This document shows positions 12,920-25,334 of a stretch of 64,000 bases of DNA, one piece after another. Under the pieces are notes generated by a model that saw nothing but the letters and a program-made list of their open reading frames with translations, was not told the DNA's origin and did no database searches. The stretch covers positions 90,832,001 to 90,896,000 of the forward strand of contig NC_045697.1 of assembly GCF_009834535.1 (NCBI RefSeq), written 5' to 3'. A program made the translations under genes and the position numbers. Each line of letters opens with the position of its first letter. Positions within the stretch are counted from its first letter, which is position 1. Origin of the DNA: Camelus ferus. Lineage: Eukaryota.

Positions 12920-13475
12920 TTCTGGTTTTTTCCTTTGATACATGTATATTGTAATATGATTGCTATTATAGCATTATCACTTAACATATTTATAGTACAA
13001 TATTGTTGTTTATAGCCATTATACAGTGCATTAGATCTCCAAGGCTTTTTTACTACTGGTTTGAGTTTGTACTTTAAACAACATTGATCTTATCCTCTCC
13101 CCCATCCCCTGGTAACCACCATTTTACTGTTTGTTTTTTTTTTACTTACAAGTTTGGCTTTTTTAGATTCCACATAAAATTGATATTATACAGTATTTAT
13201 CTTTCTGTCTTATGTATCTCAATTAGCATAATGTGCTCAAGATCCATCCATGTTGTCAGAAATGGCAGGATTATCTTCTTTTCTCACAGCTGAATAATCT
13301 CTTGTGTATATATACCACATATTTCTTACCCATTCACTTATTAAAGGGCTTTACATAGTCTCCATATCTTGGTTACTGTAAGTAATGCTGTAGTACACAT
13401 AGGAGTGCATGTATCTCTGAAAACTTTTTTATTTCCTTTGAGTGGATACCCAGAAGTGAGTGGAATTGCTGGTTC
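12920..13475 (-). mobile_element. L1 3' end (L1MA/laurasiatherian type)
   Basis: cccctggtaaccaccattttact, ttttagattccacataa, atccatccatgttgtc and ggatacccagaagt. Confidence 0.8.
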
Positions 13476-14399
13476 GACTCAGCTTTCTGCATTTTTGGTA
13501 CTTGCTCTACAACGGAAAGCCATTTGTGTCTTCCTTTTTTGTTAGATCAAGTTGATCCTTGCTCTGCAACTGATCAGTTGAATAACTGTATTCAAGTTAT
13601 TTAACCTCCTCATGCTCAATTTTCTCATTAAAATAGGACAAATAAGCTATTGTAGAGTATGTGGACTTAGAGGAGTAATTAACATAATAACTGTAAAGTC
13701 CTTAGAACTGTGCCTAGTACTATGTCATTTGAAGCCTTGTTTCCCAAATTGGCTGACCTTGTGGTTTCACAGAATGTGTGCTGCTCTCTTATTCTTCTAG
13801 ATCTTTACACATGCTAGTCTTTATTCTCTTAGTGCCAGTCATAGGACCAGGAACCAACCATATAACATCTATGTATTCCAGCATTGGTGGTTATTCATAG
13901 TAATAGGTATCATTAAGAAAAGGGCCAAAAATAATAGGAAAAAACCTCAGATAACTGGAAATATTGACTGTGTACCGTATCTCATTGTTTAGGAGTTCAA
14001 GATAACCAAGTTTTAGTAAAAATATGTCTAACTTTGGTTTGTCTAGATCTTTTCCTTAATATACGTCTGATATAGTTTTTGTATCATTCTTTTAAGGCCT
14101 AAATCACAACTTTTCCACTTTCTATTCTCTTGATTTTCTTCTTGAATTTTTTTCTAATAGGGATTTAATTCTCTGTGATTCAGGATTCAAAGGGCATAGA
14201 GTGAAAATTTTCCTTCTCATCTTTCAGCAACAGTGAACTAGTTAAACCTTCCTTGGTGTGGCAGGTAGTGTTACTTCTTTTTTGTGTATTCCTCTTGAAG
14301 TATTCATGTTATACTACATATACTGTCATGCCCCTTCCTTTTTAAAAAATAGCATGTATTAGAAGATCATTTGATAGCTGTATATAAAGAACTTTGAAT

Positions 14400-15560
14400 T
14401 TTTTCCTGAAAAAAATTTTAAGTTGAGACAACTTACACTGTATATTCGAAACTGTAAGATTACAGATGACTTTTCCCCTCTGCATATACCTGTGTTACTG
14501 TCACCCAGATTAAAACAGAGAACATTTTCAACATCCCAAGGGGCTCTCTTGTACTTCATCTTAGTCAATACAACTGCTCTCCTCAAAGGTAGTTGCTTCT
14601 CAGAGAGCTTCCTCACCTGTTTTTTAAGCATAACATAAAGTTATTTGAATTATTTTATATCTGACATTTGCTCATTATTGCTTCTGTAGGGTTTATCCTC
14701 CTTGGTGTGTGGCATTTGTTTATTTTCCATTTTTGGGTAGTATTGCATTGTATGATATGACAAATTTATTTTTTCATGTTTCTATTAATAGAAATTTGGG
14801 TTCTCTACAGTTTGAATACGTGATACTGTTGTGAACATTATTGTACATATTTTTGGTTGGACATATACAGTTATTTTCCTGTGAAATTGGTGGGTAATGG
14901 GATATATATATGCACTTAGCTTTTGTAAATACTGCTAAACATTTTTTTCAAAAGAATTGAACCAGTTAAAACTAACATTTATGAGAATTTGAGTTGCTTT
15001 ACATTCCTAGCCATCACTTTTGGCAATCTTTTTCTAAAAATTTCAAGGAGCTTTTTTTCCTTTTAAATTCAGGTATAAATAACATGGTGTAAAATGCAGG
15101 GATCTTAGGTATTCAGTTTGAATTCTGAAAATTGTATAAACCTGCTCCAAACAAGATATATGTAGTCCATTACTCAGTAAACTTCTTGAGTGGCCCTTTC
15201 TAGTCAGTCCCTTACCCTCTCACCCGTTGCCTCACCAAACCAAAGCAAACCACTTTTCTGGTTCTTCTAGCATAGATTCATTTTGTCTGTTCTTCACATT
15301 TTTGTAAATGGAATTCTTCTGTCTCCATGCTCTTTCATTTATAGTTTTTGAAATTCACCCATATTTTTACAGGATGTGGATGCTGGGTATACTGGTTTGC
15401 TACTGGGTGTCATTGCTTCTAGAATGTTCAGTGGACAAAACTAGGAAAATATATTAGGAAAAAAATACACATATCACCAATTCAAAGCTCTTACCATAGG
15501 ATTCTTCCTTATTTCCTTCATTCTGTATTTCATACTCTTCCTTTCAGTGAATATACCAAA
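14400..15560 (-). mobile_element. Old L1 fragments
   Basis: Degenerate L1M 3'-end motifs (agaacattttcaacatcccaag, gtagtattgcattgtatga, aaaccacttttctgg). Confidence 0.55.
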
Positions 15561-15919
15561 TCTTATCAAAAGAGCTTGTATTTAAATAATTTTAAAGTAA
15601 TTGTCTATTTATGGAAAATATAACTTGAGAAGTAAGTACAATACTACTATTACAGCATTATCACTTAACATTTATAGTAATATAAGATTCTTAAAGTAAT
15701 ACATATAATAGGTTCTTGAACTAAAATACAGTTTTAATTTTTTTAAGTAAACAAATTTGTAGGTTGAGTCTTTATATTTGTATTTTTCCTAATTTGTAAA
15801 GGTGAGTACCTTGGATTTCAGTTAAAATTCAGGTAATAAGACTCTTAATTTTTATTTGGAAGAAATTTTGTTCTAGTTTTGTTTTATCCTTAAATTACAA
15901 GACATTTATTTTTTTGAGA

Positions 15920-16130
15920 GGCACATATCCTAGTGGCTAAGAATTGTAGTGGTGGATAAATAATGATTTGAGCCCTGGTATTGCCTCATACTAAGTCTAT
16001 GATCTTTATCAAGTTACTTTGTTTCTTTAAGCCCCAGTTTCCTCATCTATGAAATGTACCTTACACTTACAGGGTGTTATGAGGAATCTGTGTATGTATG
16101 TTCTTATTATTCAACAATGGTGGTAGTTAT
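15920..16130 (+). mobile_element. MIR SINE
   Basis: Core caagttacttt...gccccagtttcctcatctatgaaatg...acagggtgttatgagga. Confidence 0.75.
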
Positions 16131-16503
16131 TAAAATAAATACAATGCCTATGTTTTATTTAGTTGTGTTAAGGGAAGACAAAAGGAAATATGAGAAGAAA
16201 AAAATTGACAATAAAAATTATAGTAAAAATCATTTGCTTCTAATTGATGCAGTAATCTTTGACTATTCTAATTGTGAAAACCAGATTATCTGCTACGTGT
16301 TAAATCAGGGTATTTGTTACTTTACAGGGGCAGATGATTTTAAAATTTGTCCTATTCTAAGTAGTTCATGGATATTTTTAGAAACATTAACTAATACTAT
16401 ATGCTGATTTTAGACTTTAAAATTTTTTAGGTTATTAGAAGTGTAGGATGTACAATTAAAATTTTTTGAATGAAAGTTAATAGCTCAAAATTCCCATTTA
16501 TAG

Positions 16504-16678
16504 GCACTGAAAGATAGCACAGAAGTGGAAATTGTGGATGAGAAAATGAGAAAAAAGGTAGAACCCGAAAAATGGCCAATTCCGGGTCCTCCTCCACGTA
16601 GTGTGCCACAAACTGACTTCTCTCAACTGATTGATTGCCCAGAGTTTGTACCGGGTCAAGCCTTTTGTTCACATACAG
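16504..16678 (+). CDS. LARP1B: LARP1B exon, end of La motif and PAM2-like motif (ALKDSTEVEIVDEKMRKK...TDFSQLIDCPEFVPGQAFCSHT)
   Basis: Acceptor atttatag|GCA, donor G|gtaaca; 175 nt; overlaps ORF 16525-16749. Confidence 0.96.
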
Positions 16679-17262
16679 GTAACAGCTTTTCTTCTAAAGC
16701 AAACAGCCTAACAGTGGACTACTTAGTCCAGTTTACTCAGCCTTTTTAAAGTTTATTCAGATTCAATAGGACAATTAAAGATAACTCAGTGGCTTTTGAT
16801 GCTTTAAATTCTATTTGTATTGCCTTCCATAGAGAGCTATAAATTAAATAGGGATTTAACAGTTATGGGTGGAGCTCTGTTCTATTTATGCTTAAATTAT
16901 TTGTGTACTGTGTCATGTGTAGATTTTCTACCTATCTTCTCTTAATTTTAATGATCATAGATATCTTGTGCCAGTTTTCTCCTTATAAGATTGGAATAAT
17001 TTAGAAGTTTAATATTCAAGAATGGGGGTAATTTTCCTTTAATTTTTTACCAAAATGCTTCAACCTTGTCTTGAAAAGACAAGATGACCTATATACTAAT
17101 GCAGAATTGGGGATCTCTTATGAAGTTATTGTAATTACAAGTGTAAGAATTGGTGGTATTTAGACTTTCCAAAAATTATTTTAATGTTAAGAACTCTTTT
17201 CCTGGATCATTTTTAAGACATTCCCTCTTGGGAAAAAATATGTGTGCTTAAACTTTTTTCAG

Positions 17263-17282
17263 TCAGGGTGATGATCTGCTGA
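17263..17282 (+). CDS. LARP1B: Candidate alternative terminal exon coding part (VRVMIC*)
   Basis: Acceptor cttaaacttttttcag|TC. Phase-1 join to exon 16504-16678 gives VRVMIC-TGA, followed by apparently repeat-free UTR-like sequence with several AATAAA. I recall a similar short human isoform (unverified). Confidence 0.55.
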
Positions 17283-17618
17283 TGCTCTTGGATGTCATTT
17301 GATTGGAATATGCAGAGGAATAGGTGACTCACTGAAATATCATTATAAATATTGGAACAAATCGTGCTGCAGAAATGGAAGCGACCAGACTTCTGTGCAA
17401 GAATGTCTACTCCCAACTCCTTGTGGAGGATGTTGGGCCAACACTACAATGGAGATAAACACCTTTGTGATGATGAGAGACCAGAGGACTGCTGTTGTTT
17501 TTATAGGAGCCGCCCATTTGTGTGTAATTAGTGTGGGCTGCATGTGCTACTTTTATTCATGGTGGGAAAGTTAATTATCATTCTGAAAATATTGCAAGAG
17601 TCTGTCTTTTCCTTCCAG

Positions 17619-17665
17619 ACTTATGTACTTGTGTCCAGATCAATAAAGCAGAAATAGAGGCTTGA
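17619..17665 (+). CDS. LARP1B: Second candidate alternative terminal exon acceptor (DLCTCVQINKAEIEA*)
   Basis: Strong acceptor tctgtcttttccttccag|AC; phase-1 join gives a 15-aa tail then TGA. Confidence 0.4.
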
Positions 17666-18219
17666 GTGGAATTTCCCAGATTGTTAGGTCCTTTGATATT
17701 TGATTTGCCCTTCAGTATAGTGTACATTGTATAACTCACATGTTGTCATAATATTTCACATGGACTATAAGATTTATTAATGTGGACACTAAGGGCAAAG
17801 AAACTTAAGAAATGAAAGAGAGTATTTTTTTTTAACTCTTCAAAGTATTTTTGATACACCAGTCTAGAGGCCCGCCATCAATAAAGCACTGATAGACAGT
17901 CTCAGATATTTTTATTTAGTGTTTCTTTGATTGTCAGCCCTCTGTGCCTCTAAACCTAACAAGCAATTTGGGCAGGTGTTTTAAAAGTTGAAGAACTTCA
18001 AGTGACATTTTTTTAGGTTTTTAAAAGAGGAATATAATATCTGATTGTATACATTAGATTAATTTATTGTGTAAACATTGGGTCCAAGATGATATTTTTA
18101 ACCTTCTTATGAACAGGCATTAGGTGAGTTTGATAAATAGAAAATACTTTCTCCAAAGTTTAACTAAGATAGGTCAGTCAGGTTGGTAATGCCTGTCCAT
18201 GAACCATTTATGCATTATT

Positions 18220-18275
18220 AATAAAATTACAAGAATAAAGTCACAATGTTTGTACATGTTTGTGTTTTTTAATAT
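18220..18275 (+). terminator. Candidate intronic polyadenylation site
   Basis: AATAAA at 18220-18225 and 18234-18239, followed by a GT/T-rich element (tgtttgtacatgtttgtgtttttt). Confidence 0.4.
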
Positions 18276-19995
18276 ACACTCATTTGTATACACATGCATA
18301 CTGCCTGCAACAAGTCAACGTATATTTAAATGTCAGTTTTTAAGTTCCTTAGATCATACATAAGAAACTAGATGGATAATGAAGACATGTAGAAAGATGG
18401 AGTGTTCTTAGAACTAATACTGATTCGCATTACATCATAGGAATAAATATATGCAAACTCAGCTTTTCCCTATGAATCTCCACATTTCTGACCTTAATAA
18501 TTCCTCTCAGATAAGAAAGCCTTAGTTTCCTAAATGCAATAGAAAGTAATATGTCACCAAAACTTTGAGATGTAAATAAAGGATAGTATGATTGCATTTA
18601 TATGTACCCATGGGTAGAGAAAAGCAGTGAAACTTTTATCTATATTTTTATCTCAAATGAGAAGACCTCAAATTTTTTAAACATAGCCCTTAATGTGTAC
18701 TTCCTGAAGGCTTTGTATAATAAAATTAATTGGACCTTTTCTTCAAAAGAATTACAGTTTCTGTTTTTCCCTCTAAAGAGTTTGAATTGTCTAACATGAC
18801 TTGGCCTTTGCACTGAACAGAGGACCTTAATGCACTAGAAATTGTTGATACGAGAAAGGTAAAATATTAGAACTGAAATTTAGGTTTTGCAGTTCTAGTG
18901 ATACAATATTGCACTATCAACTCTTAGGTAAAAGAATCTCACTTAACCAGAATTGAAAGGTCAGTTACCTGACAGTCTTGTTTTTGTTTTTGTTTTTGGC
19001 TTTCTTAAAATGTAGGAGGATTCCCTAATGATTATTGAATAAGCTTTAGGATTTCTTTTGAACATTGATATCCAGAAGTATTCTTGAATGTGCCTCACAT
19101 AAAATACACTTTAACACACTCTATATAATTAACCAGAGCTGTGATTCAAGACGGATTTTAAAAAGTCATACTAGATATGTGTCATGAAATATATATGGTG
19201 ATTTATCTCTGGAGAGTCATGTGGACAATTTGCAATTAATGAAATCAGCAAAGAAAAATCCTTTTTTCTAGGTTCTCCCAAATTAGAATCTGTAAGTGTC
19301 ATAGTATGTGTCTAATTTTTGTCTATAAGTTTAATGTCAAGTAATCAGTCATACTCAAACTCACTTGGTCTTGGAAGATTAGGGCTTTACCATTACTGTT
19401 GAAATTTACATGCATATATTTCAAAATCTTTGTAAGAGAAAAGGCAGGTACAGAAAATATGTGTATATACACACAGAGCATATGTGTATAAGGTGAACAC
19501 TCTTTAAAAACTCTTAAGACTTCTGAATTTTCTTGTCTTACCCAAATTCTTTGGTATTGATGTCATTTAATTTATAAGTACATGTGTTGTGAAATGTAGT
19601 GAAACACTTGACTCCATGGTAGAAACATTCAAGTTTAAATAGCATTTAGGGATGATTATATCATGAACTTAAGTAGGTGCTTAAAGATTAAATTTCTATG
19701 TTGAAAACAATAAATACTAATTTCCCTGCCTTGTGCCAGGTGCTGTTCTAATCATATATACATGAAATATGCATACTAATTCACCTGGTTACTAGGGTGG
19801 TGGTTCTTAGTCTACTTTTAAAGCTTTATTCACTGCATGATATACGACATTCATAGTATTAGGAATAAGGTTCTCTGGAGTTAATGTTTTTCCCATTCCT
19901 GTAACTTTAATATTAATACTGACAGCCCAAACCTAGTATTTCACTCATACTACATTTGTGGGTCAATTGATGGCATGTACCATTAAGTTGTAGAG

Positions 19996-20262
19996 CAGCA
20001 ATGTCCAAAAGAAATGTGTTTGCCACACACAGAATCCTTATAATTTTTAAATCCTTAAAAGCTATAGAACAAATGAAATTAGTTTTAATATATTTAATTT
20101 TTATAAAATTATTATAATAATTGTTTTTTGGGGTTTTTTTTGTACCAAGTCTTTGAAATCTGATGTGTATTTTAACTTATCCTGAGCACATTTCAGGGCT
20201 AGCCACATTTTGAGTGCTGGGTAGCTCCACATGACTACTGTCTACTGTACTGAACAGTGTAG
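19996..20262 (-). mobile_element. MER33 (hAT-Charlie)
   Basis: cagcaatgtccaa...accaagtctttgaaatctg...ctagccacattttgagtgct; 8-bp TSD ttgtagag / ttttagag. Confidence 0.8.
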
Positions 20263-20726
20263 TTTTAGAGCCTTTTCTGTTAGGAAACAATATAATTTGT
20301 TTTAAAGTAATAAACTAGTCTGGTGGTTGAATCCTGGGTCTGTGTGTCCATGGAGAAGATAATCCGTCTGATTCTAGCAGCTAGTTGATGAAAGTAAAAT
20401 CTTGGAATAGTCTTCTCAAACTCCTAGAATGTGCCTTTGTGTTTTCATTTAGTAAATTAAAAGGATAGTTGTTCATTTATTTCAGCTTTCTCTATGTAAT
20501 ATTCAACTTTGCAGTATTTTCAAGGAATTGGCTTTGAGGAGTAAATAGTGTTTAGAATTTTACAGTATAAATTTCTTTTTAAAACACTTTTTGTCCAAAG
20601 CAAGCCCATATTGCATTATAGCTTGAATATTCTTTGACTTTTGAAAAAATTTTATAAAGGGATTGACTTGGGCTTTATTTACAGAGCATATAATTACTTT
20701 GATTAAAAGATAGTGTAGAGAAAGCC

Positions 20727-20944
20727 TTTTTTTAAGAACATTTTTTATTGAGTTATAGTCATTTTACAATGTGTCAATTTCCAGTGTAGAGCACAATTTT
20801 TCAGTTATACATGAACATACATGTATTCATTGTTGCATTTTTTTCACTGTGAGCTACCACAAAATCTTGTATATATTTCCCTGTGCTATACAGTATAATC
20901 TTATTTATCTATTCCACATAAGCCTGTCAATATCTACAAATTTT
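20727..20944 (-). mobile_element. Short, relatively young L1 3' tail (camelid-type)
   Basis: T-run then aacattttttattgagttatagtcattttacaatg...ccctgtgctatacag; flanked by gagaaagcctttt / gagaaaagcatttt (TSD-like). Confidence 0.7.
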
Positions 20945-21501
20945 GAGAAAAGCATTTTTAATTCCAGCAGAGTTGTAAAATATTTTAAATGTGTTTGCCA
21001 GGCCAGTGTACTTTAATGATGTGATATTCTGCTCTTTACATACTGACTAAGGGTCACAGTGCATTTAGGTTAACCTTGTTAAGCAAAGGAGATGAGGAAA
21101 GTAGGGGATTTGACTGTCTTAGTATAGATCCTAGTAGAACAATGAAAAATTGATTTTGCCTTGAGTAGAATATGCATTTGATTGGCTTAATAGCATTTGA
21201 GATTTTTAATGTAAAATTTCACAGAAAATTGATTCAAATAGATGTATTGTCATGATTAGTAGGTGACTCACATTAGTGTTGAGATATTTGAAAGTGTCTG
21301 CATAAGGGTTGATACATTCCTATTATTTATTGGCTTCATTTAGATATATCTTACAAGTTCTTAAGGTTTGGAAAAGTTATAATTGAATTGATTTATCATG
21401 TTTTTGTGAAAAAAAATCAAGCTCAAGTAAAGAAAAAAATGTGTTTTATAAGTAAGAAAATCATTATTTTAACTGTAGAACTAACTTAAAATTTTTTTTA
21501 G

Positions 21502-21674
21502 AGTCTGCCCCAAATTCTCCGAGAATTGGAAGTCCACTGAACCCAAAGAAAAATACTGAAACAAGTAATCTTCAAGCAATGTCTAGAGGTTTGTCTACCA
21601 GTTTGCCTGACTTGGACTCAGAACCTTGGATAAAAGTAAAAAAGAGACATTGTCCATCCCCAGTGAAACTGAAG
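21502..21674 (+). CDS. LARP1B: LARP1B exon (ESAPNSPRIGSPLNPKKN...LSTSLPDLDSEPWIKVKKRHCPSPVKLK)
   Basis: Acceptor ttttttttag|AG, donor AAG|gtaagt; 173 nt; SLPDLDSE.WI.VKKR family motif. Confidence 0.95.
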
Positions 21675-22089
21675 GTAAGTTGTTATAACCCAAGTGAAGT
21701 GTGATATATCCTGAGTGGAATATAAGGCCACTGTTTGTCAGGTATATATATAAAGTTTGAAAAGTTTAAAAAATTGTAAAGATTGGAACCATTGCCCTTC
21801 ATTAAAACTTACGAGTTACTATATAACTGAAAATTATATTGTGTCAGTTTTTAAATTTATCCTTTATTTCTGAATATGATTTCAGAATGTTTTGACTTAG
21901 TCTTTTGAGATTAGTTTAAATTTGAATATTATTTCTGCTTTTAAAGCTGACAAAGTTTTTCTAAATTTTGAATTTAACTTTGCCGTATTATTTGTAACTT
22001 TGTTAATTATTTGTAAGGTTGTTTTACAAATATTTGTAGAAGATACATATCAGGTTTATATATGTTTTGGTGATTTTACAATAGGAAAA

Positions 22090-22440
22090 GAAGAGAATTG
22101 ATTTATTGTGGGCACGTAAGGGAGTGAGATGCAGGTGGTTAGGAAGTAACAGGAGAGATCCTTTCGGTAGAGCTGCTGTGTTTTTGGCTGGTAGTTGGAT
22201 ACGTGAACTTCCAAATGTGGTAAAAATTGCTCTGATCTAAATCACGAACACAAATGAGTACTGTAAAACTGGGGAAATCCTAGTTAAGATTGGTGGGTTA
22301 CACCAATATTTCTCTTGTTTGTGATATTCTACTATAGTTTTGCAATATGTTTACATTGAGGGGAAACTGGGTTAAAAAATACACAAGATCTCCATTTCTT
22401 ATACCTATGTGAATGTACAATTATCTCAAAAAGTTTACGA
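22090..22440 (+). mobile_element. Old L1 3' terminus
   Basis: ttgtgatattctactatagttttgcaa...gggaaactggg...gtgaatgtacaattatctcaaaa. Confidence 0.65.
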
Positions 22441-22634
22441 AAAAGAAACTTGGAAACAGTGCCACTCAATTCAGATACTCAAAGTAAACTGTAAAAGGAG
22501 AAGACCACTAAAAATAATTGGGTCTAGATGTGGGAAGAATGAAGAAGGCTATCATATTGAAGATTATTATGAAAGAGCTCCTTATCCCTAAGGCTAAAGC
22601 GTGGAGAAAGAAAGCGTGAAGGATTTAGATTTAA

Positions 22635-22880
22635 GAGTGGTTCTCCTTTGGGGAAATGGAAGGTGTTAATATTTTGCCTCATCAGAGGATATTTGGCATT
22701 GGCTGGAGGCATTTTTGATTTTTAAAACTGAGAGAGTATTACTGTGTCTTGAGTGAATGCCAGGGATGCTGTTAGACTTCCTACAGTGTACAGGACAACC
22801 CCGTAAACATCTACCACATACATCCACACACTAAAGAATCAAGCCCAACATGTCAACAGTTCTGAGTTTGAGAAACCCTG
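22635..22880 (+). mobile_element. MER20 (hAT-Charlie)
   Basis: agtggttctc...gccagggatgctgttaga...caggacaacccc...atgtcaacagt...tgagaaaccctg. Confidence 0.8.
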
Positions 22881-24206
22881 ATCAAAGATAACTTTTTAAT
22901 TAGCAATAGTAGTTAAACACGACATACTTAAATGTTACAAAAGGTTTTCCTCTAGTCTTGTTTATTATTTATACAATTCCGTTTGCTTTCTGCTTTCCAG
23001 AAAGGCATAAAACTTTCTAATCTTTTGATAGTTATACTTGTTTTCATATTGACATGGATTTATTCTTTTCATTACTGCAAATATGTATGCTCAGTCATCT
23101 TCAACCCAAAATCTCTCGTCTCTTCACAAATTACAAAAAGTTTCATGTTTAAAATATATATATATTTTAAAATATATATATATATATAACTGATATGTAA
23201 AAAGTAAAAGACTCTGTTCATGGTTTACCATTATTAACAGTTTGGTATTTCTTTATTCTCAGACTTTTTTCACGTACTTACAAATGTGAATAACAAGATA
23301 TATCATTTTTGTTTTTAAATATATTCACACTGTGTTAAAACTTCCTTTTTCTTTTTTTTTTTAAGTAAAAACATAATGAACAGCCTTTTGTTTACTAGAA
23401 TATTAGCTCCATCAGGACAGAGTTGTTGTTTTATTTTTTGCTGTATACCTGTGCCTAGAACAGTGCCCAGCTCTCACATTGTAAGGACCCAGATAATTAT
23501 TGAATGAATGTGGATCCACATGAACAGGAATTCTGAGAGAGAGGGATTATCTTATTTTAAGCCTAGGAAAGTTAGTATTTGCTGAAGGTTAAGGATATGA
23601 CGGTCAGAGGATGGCAAGGGAAGATGACAACATTGAGAAATCTGTTTCCTTGTGTTGAGGGTTTGGAAACTCTAGACTAGGTTATATTTTAGAGAATCTA
23701 GGATCTAAAAATTCAGACTTTTTATATCACTGAGTAGGAAGTTACTCTAGAAAGGGTGGAAATTCAATAATTTGATGAGTGTTGGAGTGTATTTAACATG
23801 AAACTGAGCCACATTGAATGGGCATGAGGATTGGGCAGCAAGGTTAGCTAAGAAACTATGATATTAATATAATTGTGAGGTAAAAAGGATCGAGACTAGG
23901 GGAGATCATTGAATCTGGAAGTCAGACGACCTTGGTTGTTTTAGTTCAAATTCTGAAATTGTGGACAAATAATATCGCATCTCTAGGCCTTTCTTTCCTC
24001 ATCTGTAAAATGAGTTGATGTGCTGTAATGTATGCGCTAACTCCATTTTTAGTTCTAAAGGAGTCTTTTAATGTAGTCCTTTTATTCAACTTTGTGTTTT
24101 TCTTTAGTCTTAAACTTAGTGTTTAGCAATTACTTTATATTTATTAGACTAACTTGGTTTTCTTTTACAATTTGATTGTTAAACTAGTAATTGAACATAC
24201 AATATT

Positions 24207-24868
24207 TTTTCTTTGTTTTCATGTTCTTTTTCATTAAAGGTTATTATAAGATATTGAATATAGTTCCCTGTGCTATATACAGAAGAAACTTTTTAAAATC
24301 TATTTTTAAATATAGTGGCTAACATTTGTAATTCTCAAACTCAAATTTATCCCTTACCACCCTCTTTCCCCAATAACCATAAGATTGTTTACTATGTCTG
24401 TGAATCTGTTTTCTGTTTTGTAGATGAGTTCATGGTGTGCTTTTTTTTTTTTTTTTTTTTTTTTTTTAGATTCCACATATGAGTGATATCATATGGTATT
24501 TTTCTTTCTCTTTCTGGCTTACTTCACTTAGAATGATGATCTCTAGGTCCATCCATGTTGCTGCAAATGGCATTGTTTTACTCTCTTTAATGGCTGAATA
24601 GTATTCCATTGTATAAATATATCACAACTTCTTGATCCAGTCATCTGTCAGTGGACATATAGGTTGCTTTCATGTTTTGCCTATTGTATATAGTGCTGCT
24701 GTAAACATTGGGGTGCGTGTATCTTTTCGATTTAGAGTTCCCTCCAGATATATACCCAGAAGTGGGATTGCTGGATCATATGGTAAGTCTATTTTTAGTT
24801 TTTTGAGCAATCTCAATACTGTTTTCCGTAATGGCTGCACCAAACTACATTCCCACCAGCTGTGTAGG
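24207..24868 (-). mobile_element. 5'-truncated young L1 with TSD
   Basis: ORF 24670-24879(-) is L1 ORF2 C-terminus ([10 protein letters not shown]...[13 protein letters not shown]). 15-bp TSD tgaacatacaatatt (24192-24206) / tgagcatacaatctt (24869-24883). Confidence 0.92.
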
Positions 24869-24968
24869 TGAGCATACAATCTTAATATTTACTTTTAACA
24901 TTGACATGTAACATTATTATAAAATTGGTAACAATGTTTTTATGTAAAATACCAATTTCTTCCTTCAG

Positions 24969-25334
24969 GAATCACTGTCTCTACCTGAAGAGTCATCAAA
25001 TCAGCTATATTCTCCAGATGAACAAGATCAAGAAGAACTTGATTTTTTATTTGATGAAGAGATGGAACAAACAGAAGGGCGAAAAAACACATTTACTGAT
25101 TGGTCTGACAATGATTCAGATTATGAAATTGATGACCAGGATTTAAACAAGATTTTGATTGTAACTCAGACACCACCTTACATGAGAAAACATCCTGGAG
25201 GAGATCGAACAGGCAACCACATGTCTTGGGCGAAAATTACATCTGAACTTGCTAGAGTTATCAATGATGGCTTATATTATTATGAGCAGGATCTATGGAT
25301 GGAAGAAGATGAAAACAAACACACAGCCATAAAG
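24969..25334 (+). CDS. LARP1B: LARP1B exon, central conserved region (ESLSLPEE...ELDFLFDEEM...KILIVTQTPPYMRKHPGGDRTG...INDGLYYYEQDLW...HTAIK)
   Basis: Acceptor tcttccttcag|GAA, donor AAG|gtaatt; 366 nt; overlaps ORF 25062-25379. Confidence 0.97.

Noticed and set aside
17299..17574. 91-aa Cys-rich ORF as a nested gene
   Set aside because: TTG start, no recognisable family, and it lies in the putative alternative 3'UTR.
23148..23188. AT-rich quasi-palindromic duplicated tract
   Set aside because: Ordinary (TA)n slippage product.
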